The translations under genes were made by a program, and so were the position numbers. A stretch of DNA of 64,000 nt from an uncultured Actinomycetota bacterium (GTDB taxonomy: Bacteria > Actinomycetota > Actinomycetes > JAFAQI01). Each line of letters opens with the position of its first letter. The stretch's first letter is position 1. The stretch is from NCBI GenBank assembly GCA_963770565.1, contig CAVYQE010000011.1, forward strand, positions 736,001-800,000, written 5' to 3'. The notes under the pieces were generated by a model that saw nothing but the letters and a program-made list of their open reading frames with translations, ran no database searches and was not told the DNA's origin. Positions 42,034 to 52,258 of this stretch are shown piece by piece.

Positions 42034-43239
42034 TCAGGTCGCCGCAGCTAGGAGCGCGCAACTCGGATCGTCGAGGAGCGCAGTGAACGCCAGTTCGGCA
42101 GCGCCGATCAGCGCGGAGTCCTGACCGAGCTTGCTCGGCACGAGGGCGACATCCGATCGAGGAAGGAATAGGGCCTGACCTTCCAGGACCGCCTCGACCT
42201 TCTCCCCCAGGCCGCCCCAGAGCTGCGACATGGTGCCCCCTATCACGATGACCTGCGGATTGAACAGGTTGATGATCGTGCGAAGCCCAACACCGATCGA
42301 CTCCGTTACCTCGTCGACGGCGGCCATGGCACGATCGTCGCCCCCGGTAGCGGCAGTGATCACCTCTGCGACCGCCGCGGGGCCACCGCCCACTCGCCTG
42401 CCGGCGAGCGCGAGCAGCCGGTTCTCGCCGACGTAGAGCTCCCAGCATCCGCTGGACCCGCACCGGCATTGCGGCCCCGACGGGTCGATCTGGATATGCC
42501 CGACCTCACCGGCATACCCAGCGGCTCCCTCAAGCAGCTTGCCGTCGACCAGAAAGCCGCCGCCGATACCAATGTTCGCGGCCAGATAGACCGCGTGGTC
42601 GTAACCCACCGCGGCACCCCGCAGGTGCTCTGCCACCATTCCGAGGTTGGCATCGTTCCCAGTCCGAACCGGGCGGCCGAGACGCCGCGATATGAGGTCG
42701 GTAAACGGCTCGCCGTGCCAGTCAAGGTTCGGTGCGGAATGCACCATCCCGTCACTGCTCCGCACGGCGGCGGGTACTGAAGCAGCCACCGCCAGGAAAC
42801 GACCCGGCGGGGCTACGTTGAGTATCTCCTCGGCCATCGTTGCTGCCGTCTCCACGACATGCTGCACGTCATGCTTGCCCCGTCGATGCGGGCGGACCCG
42901 TCGCTCGAGCACCGTCCCACCGAGTCCGACCAGAGCGACCTGGAGACGGTCGACCCCGACGTCGATCGCGATGACGTAGTTCTCCGAGCGCGGCAAGACC
43001 AGATGGGACGGCCGGCCGCTTCGGACATGGCGATCCTCGGCCGATGGTGGCCGCTCGTCGACGAGGCCGAGCTCGACCAGGTCTGAGGTCAGGCCGCCGA
43101 TCGTGCTGCGGCTGAGCCCGAGGCTCCTGGTCAGTTCGGCCCGACTGATCGGGCCGCGAGCGTGCACCTCGTGCAGCATCGCTCGAAGGTTCGTCCGACG
43201 CAGCTCTTCGATCCCCGACACCGTGGCCAATCGGGCCAT
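42034..43239 (-). CDS. xylR: ROK family transcriptional repressor (XylR-like)
   Basis: N-terminal HTH (ISRAELTRSLGLS..T), GRP, GNDAN and GEVGH..CRCGSSGCWE. Confidence 0.88.
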   Translation of the reverse strand: MARLATVSGIEELRRTNLRAMLHEVHARGPISRAELTRSLGLSRSTIGGLTSDLVELGLVDERPPSAEDRHVRSGRPSHLVLPRSENYVIAIDVGVDRLQVALVGLGGTVLERRVRPHRRGKHDVQHVVETAATMAEEILNVAPPGRFLAVAASVPAAVRSSDGMVHSAPNLDWHGEPFTDLISRRLGRPVRTGNDANLGMVAEHLRGAAVGYDHAVYLAANIGIGGGFLVDGKLLEGAAGYAGEVGHIQIDPSGPQCRCGSSGCWELYVGENRLLALAGRRVGGGPAAVAEVITAATGGDDRAMAAVDEVTESIGVGLRTIINLFNPQVIVIGGTMSQLWGGLGEKVEAVLEGQALFLPRSDVALVPSKLGQDSALIGAAELAFTALLDDPSCALLAAAT

Positions 43240-43246
43240 GATGATC

Positions 43247-44503
43247 TCAGATCCTGCCGGTGGCGCTCGCTCGTCGACGGCTGATGGCGTCAACGCTCGC
43301 GGCAAAGAGCAACACGATGCCGGTGACGAGATAGACGACCCCCGAGGACTTGTTGAGCAGCAGCATCCCGTTGTCGATGACGGCGATCACCGTGCCGCCG
43401 ATGAGAGCATCCACGACGCGGCCCTTGCCTCCGAACAGGCTCGTGCCACCGATGACGGCGGCGCCCACCGCGTACAGAAGCGTCTGCGACCCACCCGTCG
43501 TGGGTGACACCGAATTGTCACGACTGGCGATGAGAATGCCCGCGATGGCCGCCACCGTGGACGAAACCATGAAGCAACTCAGTCTGACCCATTCCACGTT
43601 GATGCCGGCGCGACGCGCAGCCTCCGCGTTGCCGCCGACTGCATACACGTGACGGCCCCATGCCGTGCGGGTCAGCCCGAAGTTCAGCACCAGCATCAGA
43701 CCGATGATGATGACCATGACGACCGGTACGCCTTTGAGCGATTGCAGCTTCGGGTTGACACTGCGTTCACCCGACAGCCAGCCCACCACTCCCAGCGCGA
43801 TAACGGCAACCAACGTGGACTTGGTGGCCCATTTGATCAGTGGCTCGTAGGAGAGGCCGGACCGGCGACGCCGACGATTCGCGAGCAGTCCACCGCCCGC
43901 GTAAGCGGCCACGAACGTGATGGCGACCAGCCAACCGAGCCAGATTGGGACGTTGTCGTTGTTCAACGCGAGGATGAACTTGTTGGCGAACCCGATCGTG
44001 CCACCCTCGCCGATGATGATCAGCAGCACGCCCTGTAATCCCAGGAACGCAGCCAGTGTGACTACAAAGGATGGAATGCCGAGCCTGGCGACCAGCGTTC
44101 CGAGGAACCAGCCGATCGCCGCGCCGGTCGCAAGACAAGCGATCAGTGACGGCACCAGCGGCCATCCGTGGCGAGTGAGCACGACTCCCAGAACGGCAGC
44201 CGCGGTCCCACCCGTATATCCGGCTGAGAGGTCGATCTCACCCAACAGCAAGACGAAGACCAGGCCCATCGCCAGCACGGTGACGCCGGCTTCCTGGCTG
44301 ATCAGGTTGGCGAAGTTGAGCTCCGAGGTGAATGTCCCCGGGCGCAGCGCCGAGAACAACGCGACGAGGACGATCAGGCCCAGGATGGCCGGCAACGAGC
44401 CGACCTCGCCGCCGCGGATGCGGTGGACGTAGTCCTTGAGGAGGCTGCCGATGGTGGGTTGTTCGTCGCTGGCGTCGACCGTCTCGACGGTTTCGGTGCT
44501 CAT
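43247..44503 (-). CDS. xylH: Sugar (xylose) ABC transporter permease
   Basis: GEIDLSAG, IPSFVVTLA, YAVGGNAEAARRAGI and IGGTSLFGGKG. Confidence 0.9.
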   Translation of the reverse strand: MSTETVETVDASDEQPTIGSLLKDYVHRIRGGEVGSLPAILGLIVLVALFSALRPGTFTSELNFANLISQEAGVTVLAMGLVFVLLLGEIDLSAGYTGGTAAAVLGVVLTRHGWPLVPSLIACLATGAAIGWFLGTLVARLGIPSFVVTLAAFLGLQGVLLIIIGEGGTIGFANKFILALNNDNVPIWLGWLVAITFVAAYAGGGLLANRRRRRSGLSYEPLIKWATKSTLVAVIALGVVGWLSGERSVNPKLQSLKGVPVVMVIIIGLMLVLNFGLTRTAWGRHVYAVGGNAEAARRAGINVEWVRLSCFMVSSTVAAIAGILIASRDNSVSPTTGGSQTLLYAVGAAVIGGTSLFGGKGRVVDALIGGTVIAVIDNGMLLLNKSSGVVYLVTGIVLLFAASVDAISRRRASATGRI

Positions 44504-45294
44504 CGCTCGGCGCCCATGCGTCCGGTGGTAATCGCGGTGACGATGTGTTCGCGGTTGGAGTCCTTAGTCGTGACCTGACCGGCCATCTCACCGAGATACA
44601 GCACGGCGATGTCATCGGCGATCTCGAAGACCTCGTTGAGGTTGTGGCTGATCAGCACGACGCCGAGGCCTCGGTCAGCCAGGCGACGCACGAGCCTGAG
44701 AACCTGCTCGGTCTGCGCGACACCAAGCGCCGCTGTCGGCTCATCGAGGATGACGACCTTAGAGTTCCAAAGCACCGCGCGTGCGATCGCCACCGTCTGG
44801 CGCTGACCACCCGAGAGTGCCGCTACGTTGGTACGTACCGAGCTGAGCGTCCGTACAGACAAACTGTTCAGCGTCTCCCGGGCGCGGACTTCCATTGTGT
44901 CCTCGTCGATGAGGCCACGACTCTTGAGCTCCCGTCCGAGGAACATGTTGTGGACCACGTCGATGTTGTCGCAGAGTGCGAGGTCCTGGTAGACGATCTC
45001 GATCCCCAGGGCGTTGGCGTCTCGGGGGTTGTGCACTCGCACCGGCTGGCCTTCGAACAGGTATTCGCCGTCGTCGAAGGGGTAGATGCCTGCGATGCCC
45101 TTGATGAGAGTGCTCTTGCCCGCCCCATTGTCTCCGACCAGCGCGGTCACCACGCCGGGGTAGATGTTCAGGCTGACACCGCGGAGCACGTGCACCGCAC
45201 CGAAGCTCTTGTGCACGTCGCGCAACTCGAGAAGCGGCGCACTTGAGGCATCACGGCCTTCATGCTCACCCGCCGCAGCTGCCGTGACGGTCAC
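44500..45294 (-). CDS. xylG: Sugar ABC transporter ATP-binding protein (single domain)
   Basis: GDNGAGKS, LSGGQRQ and ILDEPT; RBS GAAGGAGG before the GTG at 45294. Confidence 0.9.
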   Translation of the reverse strand: MTVTAAAAGEHEGRDASSAPLLELRDVHKSFGAVHVLRGVSLNIYPGVVTALVGDNGAGKSTLIKGIAGIYPFDDGEYLFEGQPVRVHNPRDANALGIEIVYQDLALCDNIDVVHNMFLGRELKSRGLIDEDTMEVRARETLNSLSVRTLSSVRTNVAALSGGQRQTVAIARAVLWNSKVVILDEPTAALGVAQTEQVLRLVRRLADRGLGVVLISHNLNEVFEIADDIAVLYLGEMAGQVTTKDSNREHIVTAITTGRMGAER

Positions 45295-45331
45295 AGAGCC
45301 TCCTTCGTGATTGATCGGTTTCGTGCCTGAA

Positions 45332-45360
45332 GCCGGGGCCCGCATGTTGCGGACCCCGGC
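45332..45360 (-). terminator. Intercistronic stem-loop after the SBP gene
   Basis: GCCGGGG-CCCGCA-TGT-TGCGG-A-CCCCGGC. Confidence 0.55.
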
Positions 45361-45418
45361 CGACCAGGCAGCGTCGGCTCCGGTAAAGACCCTAAGGCCT
45401 GGGGCCGACCGGCACGAC

Positions 45419-46588
45419 TCAGGACGTCGGCACGCCGTACTTCCTGCACAGCTTGGCGAACGAACCGGCGCAGACCTGCGAGGCCTGCTCCTGGCCATCC
45501 TGGATAACCTTCTTGACTTGACTGCGGGTGACCCAGACCGGCGTCTCGAGCACTGAAGGAACCGAACGGTTCAGCGTGGTGTCCTCAGTGTGGCCGTTGA
45601 CCAGGCTGTCCGCTGCGGCCTTGTCGCCCTTGATCAGGTCGATCGCGAGCTTCGAAGCGGCGTTGGCCTCAAAGCTCGTGTTCTTGTAGACGGTCCCGCA
45701 CTGGTAGCCGGCAAGAATGTTGTCCAGACCCTCGACGCCAGCGTCCTGGCCAGTGATCGGGATCTTCCCGGCCACACCCTCGGCCTTCATACGGGCGATG
45801 ATGCCGCCGGCCATGGTGTCGTTGGCAGAAAGAACGCCATCGATCTTGCCCTTGGCCTGGGTGTACATCTGCTCGTAGACCGTGCCCGCCGTGGTGGCGT
45901 CCCAGTTGCCGGATTGCTCGCCGACCTTGTGGTAGGCGCCGGAACTGAACTTCGGGTCGAGGACGGACAGGTACCCCTGCTTGAACAGCGCTGCGTTGTT
46001 GTCGGTGGCCGCGCCGTCGACGATGGCGATGTTGGCCTTCGACTTGCCCTCGGCAGTGAGGCAGCTGACGAGGCCCTGACCTTGCAGCTTCCCGACCTCG
46101 ACGTTGTTGAAGGACACGTAGTAGTTGGCGTTCCCGCCCAGGGTGAGGCGGTCGTAGTCAATCGTCTGGATCCCGGCTGCCTCTGCCTTCTTCTCGCATG
46201 CGGAGCCAGAGTTCGAGTCGAGGTTCACGATCATGAGTACTTTGACGCCCTCGTTGATCATGCTGTCGCAGATATTGCCGAACTTGCTCTTGTCGCCCCC
46301 GGCATTCTCGATGTCAGACTTGAGGCCCGCTGCCTGGAACGCCTTCACCAGGTTGGGGCGGTCCTGACCCTCCCACCGAGGCGAGCTCGTTGTGTCGGGC
46401 AGGATCATTCCGACGTCAGCCTTGCTGGAGGTCGGGGCGCTGCTCGCAGGGCTGCCGCTGCTCGCGGGGCTGCCGCTGCTCGCAGGGCCGCTGCCGCTAC
46501 TACTGCTGCCGCAGCCGGCCAGCATGCTGATCGCAAGCGCCCCTGCAGCAACGAGGACGCCAGTGCGCCCGCTTCCGCTCATTTTCAT
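45419..46588 (-). CDS. xylF: Sugar (xylose) ABC transporter substrate-binding lipoprotein
   Basis: Lipobox LAGC; LPDTTSSPRWE, YDRL, VSFNNVEVGKLQG, ANDTMA, TGQDA and TVYK. Confidence 0.9.
   Translation of the reverse strand: MKMSGSGRTGVLVAAGALAISMLAGCGSSSSGSGPASSGSPASSGSPASSAPTSSKADVGMILPDTTSSPRWEGQDRPNLVKAFQAAGLKSDIENAGGDKSKFGNICDSMINEGVKVLMIVNLDSNSGSACEKKAEAAGIQTIDYDRLTLGGNANYYVSFNNVEVGKLQGQGLVSCLTAEGKSKANIAIVDGAATDNNAALFKQGYLSVLDPKFSSGAYHKVGEQSGNWDATTAGTVYEQMYTQAKGKIDGVLSANDTMAGGIIARMKAEGVAGKIPITGQDAGVEGLDNILAGYQCGTVYKNTSFEANAASKLAIDLIKGDKAAADSLVNGHTEDTTLNRSVPSVLETPVWVTRSQVKKVIQDGQEQASQVCAGSFAKLCRKYGVPTS
46439..46499 (-). repeat. 18-bp tandem repeat (about 3 copies) encoding the SSGSPA linker
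   Basis: GCTGCTCGC(A/G)GGGC(T/C)GC(C/T) units repeated in tandem. Confidence 0.75.
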
Positions 46589-46643
46589 TCCGTTGGCCTC
46601 CGTTGCTCCAGCACCATCGCGTGACGGGTGTCACCGTGATTGT

Positions 46644-46657
46644 TTCGAGCGCTAACA
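46644..46657. promoter_or_regulatory. LacI-family operator-like site
   Basis: TTCGAGCGCTAACA versus the TGTTAGCGCTAACA-type palindrome. Confidence 0.45.
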
Positions 46658-46849
46658 TAGGGCAGTCGTTCGTACGGCACAAGACCCTGGCCGCACAAAC
46701 TCAGCTCGCTGTCAACTCCATGTCTCGCCGTACCGGGCCGTTGCGGGCCCGCCACATTGTCAGCCTGCCAAGGAGCTGACAGGTAGGGCCGAAGGTCACA
46801 ACCCTGTGCCGGGCATCGGTGAAGTGCAGGTTCGATACGACACGCTGGG

Positions 46850-47352
46850 CGGGAGCAGTCATCTGCTTGACCAAGGCCACATGGTGGTGCAGCATGTGCG
46901 CGGACCACAAGGCTGGATTGAGGCCGACGCGAGAAGCGGCTTGGCGGGTCGAGTTGCGTCGCAGGCGCATCTAGGCGCCACGGCGATCTGTCGGCGACTG
47001 GACGGCGCGGTCCGTCTAGGAGATCGGGCGCCTATTGGCCGGGGAATTGGACGTCGACGCGGTCTGTGTCGCGAACCATCAGATGGCGATCGGCGTCCTC
47101 CGCGCGCTCGCCGAAGCCGGCCGGATGGTGGCGGACGATGTGAGTGTCGTCGGCTTCGACGACGGCGCCGAGGCAGAGTGTCTCGTCCCGCCGCTGTCGA
47201 TGGTGCGACTCGACTTCTGCGCTGTCGGCCGCGCCGCGGTCGGTCTCTTGCTCTGCCTGGTCAACAGCGATGAGCGTGACGGGCATGTCGTCGCGCCGAC
47301 TGAGCTCGTCGTCCGGACAAGCAGCATTCGTGACCACGATGCGCGCGACTGA
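46850..47352 (+). pseudogene. LacI-family regulator remnant (ligand domain only)
   Basis: HLLDQGH..V.HVRGPQGWIEADAR, then a frameshift, EAAWR..*..GDWTARSV*EIGR (two TAG stops), then ANHQMAIG, DVSVVGFDD, PPLS and PTELVVRTS; no HTH. Confidence 0.8.
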
Positions 47353-48607
47353 GCCGATGCACAACTGGGCGGGAAATGTCCGGTACTCCGCGGCCGAACT
47401 GGTCACGCCGCGATCATTGGGTGACCTTCAGGACATCGTGGCGAAGGCGAGCCGCGTGCACGCAGTGGGCTCCCGACACTCCTTCTCTCGAGTCGCGGAC
47501 ACGGAGGGCGAGCTGGTCGACCTCAGCGAGCTTCCGCAGTCTGTAGAAGTCGACGCCGCTCGCGGCACCGCGTCGGTCGCAGCTGGGATGAGCTACGGCG
47601 ATGTAGCGCTCGCGTTGCACGACCAAGGCTGGGCGCTCTCCAATCTGGCGTCGCTGCCTCACATCACCGTTGCTGGCGGGTGTGCGACGGGGACTCATGG
47701 CTCGGGGGATGGGAACCAGGGCCTGGCTGCTGCAGTGCATTCGATGACGGTTGTCGGGCCGGACGGCGAGCTCCACGAGATGGTGGGGGAGCGCGATCAA
47801 CCGAGGTTCGCCGCGGCCCGCGTTGGTCTTGGCGGCATGGGGATCGTCGCGGAACTGGTCCTGTCCATCGAGCCGACGTACGACGTCGAACAACGGGTCT
47901 ACGAGGATCTGCGGTTCGATGTCGCGATCACGAATCTCGACGAGGTGATGGCAAGCGCGTACAGCGTCAGCCTCTTCACGGACTTCTCGGCACCACGTTT
48001 CACCCAGGTCTGGCGTAAGCGACGGATCGAGCCGGGGGAACGTCACGATTGGCCGACGCGATGGTTCGGCGCGACCGCTGCCAGCGCGCCGCGCCACCCG
48101 GTACCTGGCGCCAACCCCGAGCACTGCACGGTGCAAGGCGGCGAGCCCGGCCCGTGGTTTGCGCGGCTCCCACACTTTCGCTGGGACTCTCCGCCGAGCG
48201 CGGGAGCTGAGCTACAGACCGAGTACCTCGTCGACCGGACGCATGCACCAGCGGTGTTCACTGAGCTCCGGGCGCTCGCACCCGAGATCTCCGCAGTCTT
48301 GCGAGTTTGTGAGTGTCGGAGTATCGCCGCCGACGATTGCTGGCTCAGCCCGGCATATGGTCGTTCGACGATCGGCTTCCACTTCACCTGGCAGCCGGAG
48401 CTGTCAGCGGTGTGGCCAGTCCTCGCGGCGATCGAGCGCCGGCTCGAGCCTTTCGGCCCGCGACCACACTGGGGCAAGCTCCATCGATTTCCTCGGGAAC
48501 GACTCGTCGCGGTCTATCCGCGGCTTAACGACTACAACGCCGAGCGTGTTCGCTTCGACCCTGATGGTGTGTTCTCCAACGCCTCCCTCGAGCGTCTGTC
48601 GGCATGA
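47339..48607 (+). CDS. aldO: Alditol/xylitol oxidase (FAD-linked)
   Basis: NWAGN, GSRHSF (FAD-linking His), NLASLPHI, ATGTHGSG, ELQTEY, FHFTW and RPHWGK. Confidence 0.88.
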   Translation: MRATEPMHNWAGNVRYSAAELVTPRSLGDLQDIVAKASRVHAVGSRHSFSRVADTEGELVDLSELPQSVEVDAARGTASVAAGMSYGDVALALHDQGWALSNLASLPHITVAGGCATGTHGSGDGNQGLAAAVHSMTVVGPDGELHEMVGERDQPRFAAARVGLGGMGIVAELVLSIEPTYDVEQRVYEDLRFDVAITNLDEVMASAYSVSLFTDFSAPRFTQVWRKRRIEPGERHDWPTRWFGATAASAPRHPVPGANPEHCTVQGGEPGPWFARLPHFRWDSPPSAGAELQTEYLVDRTHAPAVFTELRALAPEISAVLRVCECRSIAADDCWLSPAYGRSTIGFHFTWQPELSAVWPVLAAIERRLEPFGPRPHWGKLHRFPRERLVAVYPRLNDYNAERVRFDPDGVFSNASLERLSA

Positions 48608-49521
48608 CGAGCCTTCCCAGCGGGCAGCAGTTCGAGCTCCGGTACCAGGACCAAGCCGCGGTCGTGGTGGAGGTCGGTGGCGGAGTCCGTCGATATTCGG
48701 CTGGCGAGCGTGAGGTCATCGATGGGTACGACGCAGGTCAGGCGTGCGATGGGTTTAGAGGCCAAACACTCGTCCCTTGGCCAAATCGGGTACGCGATGG
48801 GAGGTGGCGTTACAACCGTGTCGCACTGCAACTGGCAATCACCGAGCCCGCGCGCCACAACGCAGTCCATGGCCTAGTCCACGACGTGCCGTGGGCCGTG
48901 ACCGACCGAAGCGACGCCTCAGTAACCCTGAGCGTGACCCTGGTGCCGCAACCTGGATATCCATGGAGGCTCCAAGTGAGCAACGCTTGGAGGATTGCCG
49001 AGAACGGGCTGTCCGTCTCCACGATCATTACCAATCGCAGTGACACCGCTGCGCCGGTCGCCGCCGGCTTCCACCCATACGTGCAGGTCGGGACAACCTC
49101 CATCGATGACGCAATGCTCACCGTCCCGGCACAGACCCGGATGCTTGTCGACCAGCAGCAGATACCAATCGGTACCGAACCAGTCGCAGGCTCAGCGTTC
49201 GACTTCCGGGAGCCCCGCCAGATCGGCAATCTCCACATCGACCACGCCTTCACCGACCTGCGGCGTGATTCCGACGGGCGCTGCCGACTTCGCCTGACTG
49301 ACGCCCGAGGCGGATCTGGGATGACGCTGTGGGCCGATGAGGCCTACCCATATTTTGAGATCTTCACCGGTGACACATTGCTGGATGCCTCCCGGCGGCG
49401 CCGCGGGCTTGCCCTCGAACCGATGTCGGCGCCACCCAATGCCTTGGTCACTGGCGAATCACTCGTGGTACTCGAGCCGGCGGAGCGATGGATCGGGACC
49501 TGGGGAATCGACCCCGACTGA
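48604..49521 (+). CDS. Aldose 1-epimerase family protein
   Basis: LVPWPNRV, NAVHGL, GFHPY, IDHAF and LEPMSAPPNA. Confidence 0.9.
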   Translation: MTSLPSGQQFELRYQDQAAVVVEVGGGVRRYSAGEREVIDGYDAGQACDGFRGQTLVPWPNRVRDGRWRYNRVALQLAITEPARHNAVHGLVHDVPWAVTDRSDASVTLSVTLVPQPGYPWRLQVSNAWRIAENGLSVSTIITNRSDTAAPVAAGFHPYVQVGTTSIDDAMLTVPAQTRMLVDQQQIPIGTEPVAGSAFDFREPRQIGNLHIDHAFTDLRRDSDGRCRLRLTDARGGSGMTLWADEAYPYFEIFTGDTLLDASRRRRGLALEPMSAPPNALVTGESLVVLEPAERWIGTWGIDPD

Positions 49522-49676
49522 TCCAGCGATCTGCCTGGCCGCGCAGGGCCGCGGGCGGCATCAAGTCTTGCCCGGTGGGCCGCTCCTGCTTTGCTGCTCC
49601 GTGGCCGTCCGGGATGAAGCGGACCGCCCATGGGTTGTTGCGGAACCGGTTCCGGGAGCTAAGCACGCGTTAGTGG

Positions 49677-50336
49677 ATGGCTGGCACGATGTTTCGACCG
49701 CGGGCGCTGCGAACCATCGCCGCGAGCCGCGGCGACCTACTGCCAGGCGTCCACGGTGATGTGTACGACACGGCGGCGCTGACCGAAGACAATGAGCTGA
49801 CCCTCGCCATCAAGTCCCTTGGAGGACTCATGGTGTCCCCCGACGGCTGCCGGGTGGTCACCGAACTCATGCCCACCTGGCGCAACCTGTGGACCCAGCG
49901 CCTCCGCTGGCAGCGCGGCGCCCTGGAGAATCTTGGCGCCTACGGACCGTCCCCGACCATGCTCCGTTACTGGGCCCAGCAGCTCGGCATCGGCTACTCG
50001 GTCATTGCACTCAGTACATTCTGGTTGTTCATCCTCGTCACCGCGCTCGTCACGGACCAGTGGGTTTGGTACCCGTTCTGGATCTGTGTGGGAAGCCTGT
50101 TCGTCGCCGATCGGGTCGTCAGCGCCTGGCGCGGCGGATGGAAGGCACGTCTGCTCGCGGGGCTGCTGATCCCCGAGCTTCTGTACGACGTCTACCTCGA
50201 CGTCGTCTACGTCAAGGGCATCTTCGACATCACCTTCGCTCGCGACACCAAGTGGGGTCATGTTGCCCACGCCTCGCAAACCACCCATGAGACCAACGCG
50301 ACCCAGCAGCGCGAAACCGTCAGGGGCACCTGGTGA
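49677..50336 (+). pseudogene. GT2 (biofilm/cellulose-synthase-like) glycosyltransferase, C-terminal fragment
   Basis: TED and QRLRW motifs plus TM helices are present; the N-terminal DxD domain is missing, with an in-frame TAG just upstream. Confidence 0.75.
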
Positions 50337-50557
50337 CCGCCACCCTGCTCACCGCCGGGCTCTCCGAGAACACCATGCACACCCCGTGGTTCGCCGCGCT
50401 CAGCATCTTCGTGGCCATCAACACCGTCCTGTACCTGACCCTGGCGATCATCAAACTGCTCCCGAAGGCCTACCTGAGCGACTGGATAAATCAACACAAC
50501 CGGCGCTCCGAGACTCGCAGCATCTACCCCGAGGACGCGACCGATACCCCGCAGTAA
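50333..50557 (+). CDS. Small membrane protein downstream of the GT2
   Basis: GTGA overlap; a single TM segment (FVAINTVLYLTLAIIKLLP). Confidence 0.7.
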   Translation: MTATLLTAGLSENTMHTPWFAALSIFVAINTVLYLTLAIIKLLPKAYLSDWINQHNRRSETRSIYPEDATDTPQ

Positions 50558-50705
50558 CGGGCTTTGTATGCGGCACACGACCTACACCGAGCCGAGCGGC
50601 TTCGACCCGTCCACGGTGTCGACGGCGGCCGACCAGCTACGGCTGCCCCGGGCGCCCGCACTCAGGTTGACGGTCCTCGGGTGGGGGACAAGCGCTAGCG
50701 CGGGG

Positions 50706-51380
50706 TCAAGTTCGCGGGACCGGAAGATCGCCGACCACTGTGGCTGCAAAGCGCAGCCGGTCGTCGATCAATGCGACGTCGTGCTTGTGGCGGCTCTGCC
50801 AGAGGAACAGCCGGCCGTCGACGATGTGCATTCCGGTCAATGACTGGGCCGGCAGTCCGGATCTGACCGGTGCTGAGATCGCGAACCTCGCGTACTCCTG
50901 ATCCTTGGCGAACAGCACGTAGGTGGCGTCGAAGGCCTCGTCGCCCGTGCTGATCGCGTCCCCGTCCGCATGTCGGCGGAGGTTCTTCCGTTCGGTCACG
51001 TGGAGCCAGGGCACGGTGGCGGGCAGCTGCATGACCAGCATCGCGAAGTAGACGTCCGAGGGGCCAGAGCCGGCTGGGCCGATCGCGCTGCCCGCGGTCG
51101 CGTAGTAGAAGTCATAGACCGCGATTGCGTGCTCGGCGTACGTGCCGGTGATGACTCGGTGCGCGTACTGCCGATCGGACTGCCCGAACGGGTAGAACGT
51201 GTAGCCGTCGTACTGGCTGTTGTCCTCGAAGACATAGCTGTAACCGTGCGAGGCGGCCCAGGATTTCATCTCGTCGTTGTGAGCGCTGAACACCCGCTTG
51301 TTGCGCCGCGCCAACGGGATCGCAGCAGCCACCAGCACAAGCAAAACGATGATCGCGACCACTCGACCCAACGAACCCAC
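50706..51380 (-). CDS. Hypothetical membrane-anchored protein
   Basis: N-terminal TM segment; WAASHGYSY, YPFG and GDEAFDATY patterns; start estimated. Confidence 0.7.
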   Translation of the reverse strand: MGSLGRVVAIIVLLVLVAAAIPLARRNKRVFSAHNDEMKSWAASHGYSYVFEDNSQYDGYTFYPFGQSDRQYAHRVITGTYAEHAIAVYDFYYATAGSAIGPAGSGPSDVYFAMLVMQLPATVPWLHVTERKNLRRHADGDAISTGDEAFDATYVLFAKDQEYARFAISAPVRSGLPAQSLTGMHIVDGRLFLWQSRHKHDVALIDDRLRFAATVVGDLPVPRT

Positions 51381-51812
51381 CCCCGCGATGCACGAACCGT
51401 CGCCGCACCATATCGATCTCGCCTTAGACCGTGTGGGCCACCGTGCCGGACGGGCCGCTCGGCGGTCGGGACAGACGGCGCCGCAGCTCGGCTCGATCGA
51501 TCCACGGAGTGCACCGTGAACATGTCGGCATCGACGGTCCCCGTTCGTTCGGTACTCATGGCGCGCGACTGCTCCTCGGAACAAGTAGTCGGGTTCGCAA
51601 GTCGCCCACTTGAGGACATTGCGCCATGCCCGTCGCCTTGCGGCCGAATCGTCAGCAAGGCCGCGAACTGGCCTCGCCGGCGTTGCGATCGCGGGGGATT
51701 CACCCGAACGCACCACGCTGCCTTAGCCCGGCCGGCGGTACCGTCGGTTAGCCCACATGCAGCAGTGACATCCATTCGCCACCGAGTTGGGTGGCCGCTT
51801 CGGTGAGGTGGC

Positions 51813-52172
51813 ATGAGCGCCGAACAGCCGTTGGCCACGCGCTCCGAGTTGCTTGCCCTCGTTGTAAGGGGGCTCCATGCGGAGTTCCCTACCGTGGCTG
51901 CTGATCAGGTGGTCCGATGCGTGCAGATTGCCCGGGATGAGGTGAAGTCTGCCTATCCCACCGAAGCGGCTGCGGTCGATGCCACCAAGTTTGTCAGCAT
52001 TGTCGAAACCCAGGCCCGTCTCTACCTCGCGAAGTTCCAAGCGGTCCGCGCGGGGGCCCAGGTGTCTCCGCCGCCGCCTACCGTGCCCGCGGTCATCGAG
52101 CTTGGGGCCGCCGAGCGCCGACGCTTCGGCCGCCATCGTCGCGAGACCGGCGCGTCCAAGGCATTCACGTAG
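51813..52172 (+). CDS. Hypothetical protein
   Basis: RBS GAGGTGG; helical LHAEFP...VVRCV..AR...VETQAR pattern. Confidence 0.5.
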   Translation: MSAEQPLATRSELLALVVRGLHAEFPTVAADQVVRCVQIARDEVKSAYPTEAAAVDATKFVSIVETQARLYLAKFQAVRAGAQVSPPPPTVPAVIELGAAERRRFGRHRRETGASKAFT

Positions 52173-52258
52173 CAGCGCGCGGGCCGGAATACGGGAGTCG
52201 CCGGAGAGCACGTTCCCAGGTCAGCAGCTGAACCAACAAGCAGCGACAGCCGCTCAGC

